From NCBI RefSeq assembly GCF_018350175.1, contig NC_058372.1:110052001-110116000 (forward strand): a DNA stretch of 64,000 bases, in the 5' to 3' direction. A program made the translations under genes and the position numbers. Positions 63,251-64,000 of the stretch are shown one piece after another (positions within the stretch are counted from its first letter, which is position 1; every line of letters starts with the position of its first letter). The notes under the pieces are model-generated. The model made no database searches, was not told where the DNA came from, and saw only the letters and a program-made list of their open reading frames with translations. The DNA is from Felis catus. Its lineage: Eukaryota.

Positions 63251-64000
63251 TAGTGTTATAATGGGGACCTAGAGTCTTATCCTGGGAACACTTGGACTGC
63301 CTTAAACCATCCAGCAAGTAAAAATGATTCCCACTGTTGTAGAAAGTCCCTCTTGCCCTATCCTGGGATTTATAAAAACAAAATCTTTCTGAAATTTGCA
63401 GTGAGCAATAATAAGCACATACAACATTACAAAACACATTGGGTCAGTTCCATTTTGTTAGCATTTGCTTAGTATTTATCTCTTCTTAGAAGCTAGAAAG
63501 ATTCCTTTTTTAGCTCAGTCTCTAGCTCTTTGAATTATGCTAAGGGACCTATATTGTCAACCTATGCCAGTTAAATCAAAAAGGATCTTGGACAATGTGC
63601 TATGACCTGTTCAAAGAGAGCCTGCTTATGCATGTTGGATGACTTTGAAAGTCGCTGGGGCTTTGTTTGTCACTAAGTACCTGTGTTGCAATCAGTTCCT
63701 GTGTTTCAGTCATGTAGTTGGTATCAACCATTGAATAGTTCGATTCAACCATAAGAAGGCCGGAGGAACTTCAGGTGGTTGCACTAGAGCCAGGTTATGC
63801 CAACAGGAACCAATAAAGCAATTAGTGATTGCCTGTAACACCAGCTCAGCAGACTGGTTGACTGCAGGTTATGCTTACCAGCTGCAATTAACAAGCCATT
63901 TCTATATGTTTACTTTTCCAGGCCTGGCTTTGATTAGCTCCGCCTTCTTTTGTTTCAGTAGTGCATGTTCTGTAATTTCTATATTGAGACATTTAAACAA

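Noticed and set aside
1..64000. CRISPR arrays, tRNA/rRNA/snRNA genes, numts, viral ORFs
   Set aside because: None seen. tRNA-like A/B boxes all belong to SINE heads, and the repeats are interspersed rather than regularly spaced.

Overview
Mammalian genomic DNA, almost certainly a felid, judged from the felid-type CanSINE (SINEC_Fc) and carnivore L1 sequences. The window is AT-rich and dominated by repeats. It contains a near-full-length dead L1 (1-~6073), a twin-primed 5'-inverted L1 nested in a MER21-like LTR (28.3-30.0 kb), about 29 CanSINE copies (many with readable TSDs), and old L1M, L2, MIR, MLT1, LTR16 and MER45 fragments. I could not recognise any intact protein-coding gene; nearly all ORFs in the track are repeat-derived or chance. 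A CpG island at ~37.0-37.9 kb looks like the promoter and non-coding first exon of an unidentified + strand gene, so the right half is probably intronic. Best leads: (1) a very old, intronless TRAFD1/XAF1-family (TRAF-type Zn-finger) fossil on the - strand at ~31.9-33.8 kb, interrupted by a SINE and an MLT1; (2) a candidate internal alternative promoter with RFX X-boxes, a splice donor and a 14-nt micro-exon at 49.5-50.0 kb; (3) a SINE whose 5' junction captured ~40 bp of neighbouring DNA in inverted orientation; (4) a closely spaced inverted SINE cluster in the presumed intron. Repeat subfamily names and protein similarities come from by-eye recall, not from searches. I see no convincing evidence of a wholly new biological system.
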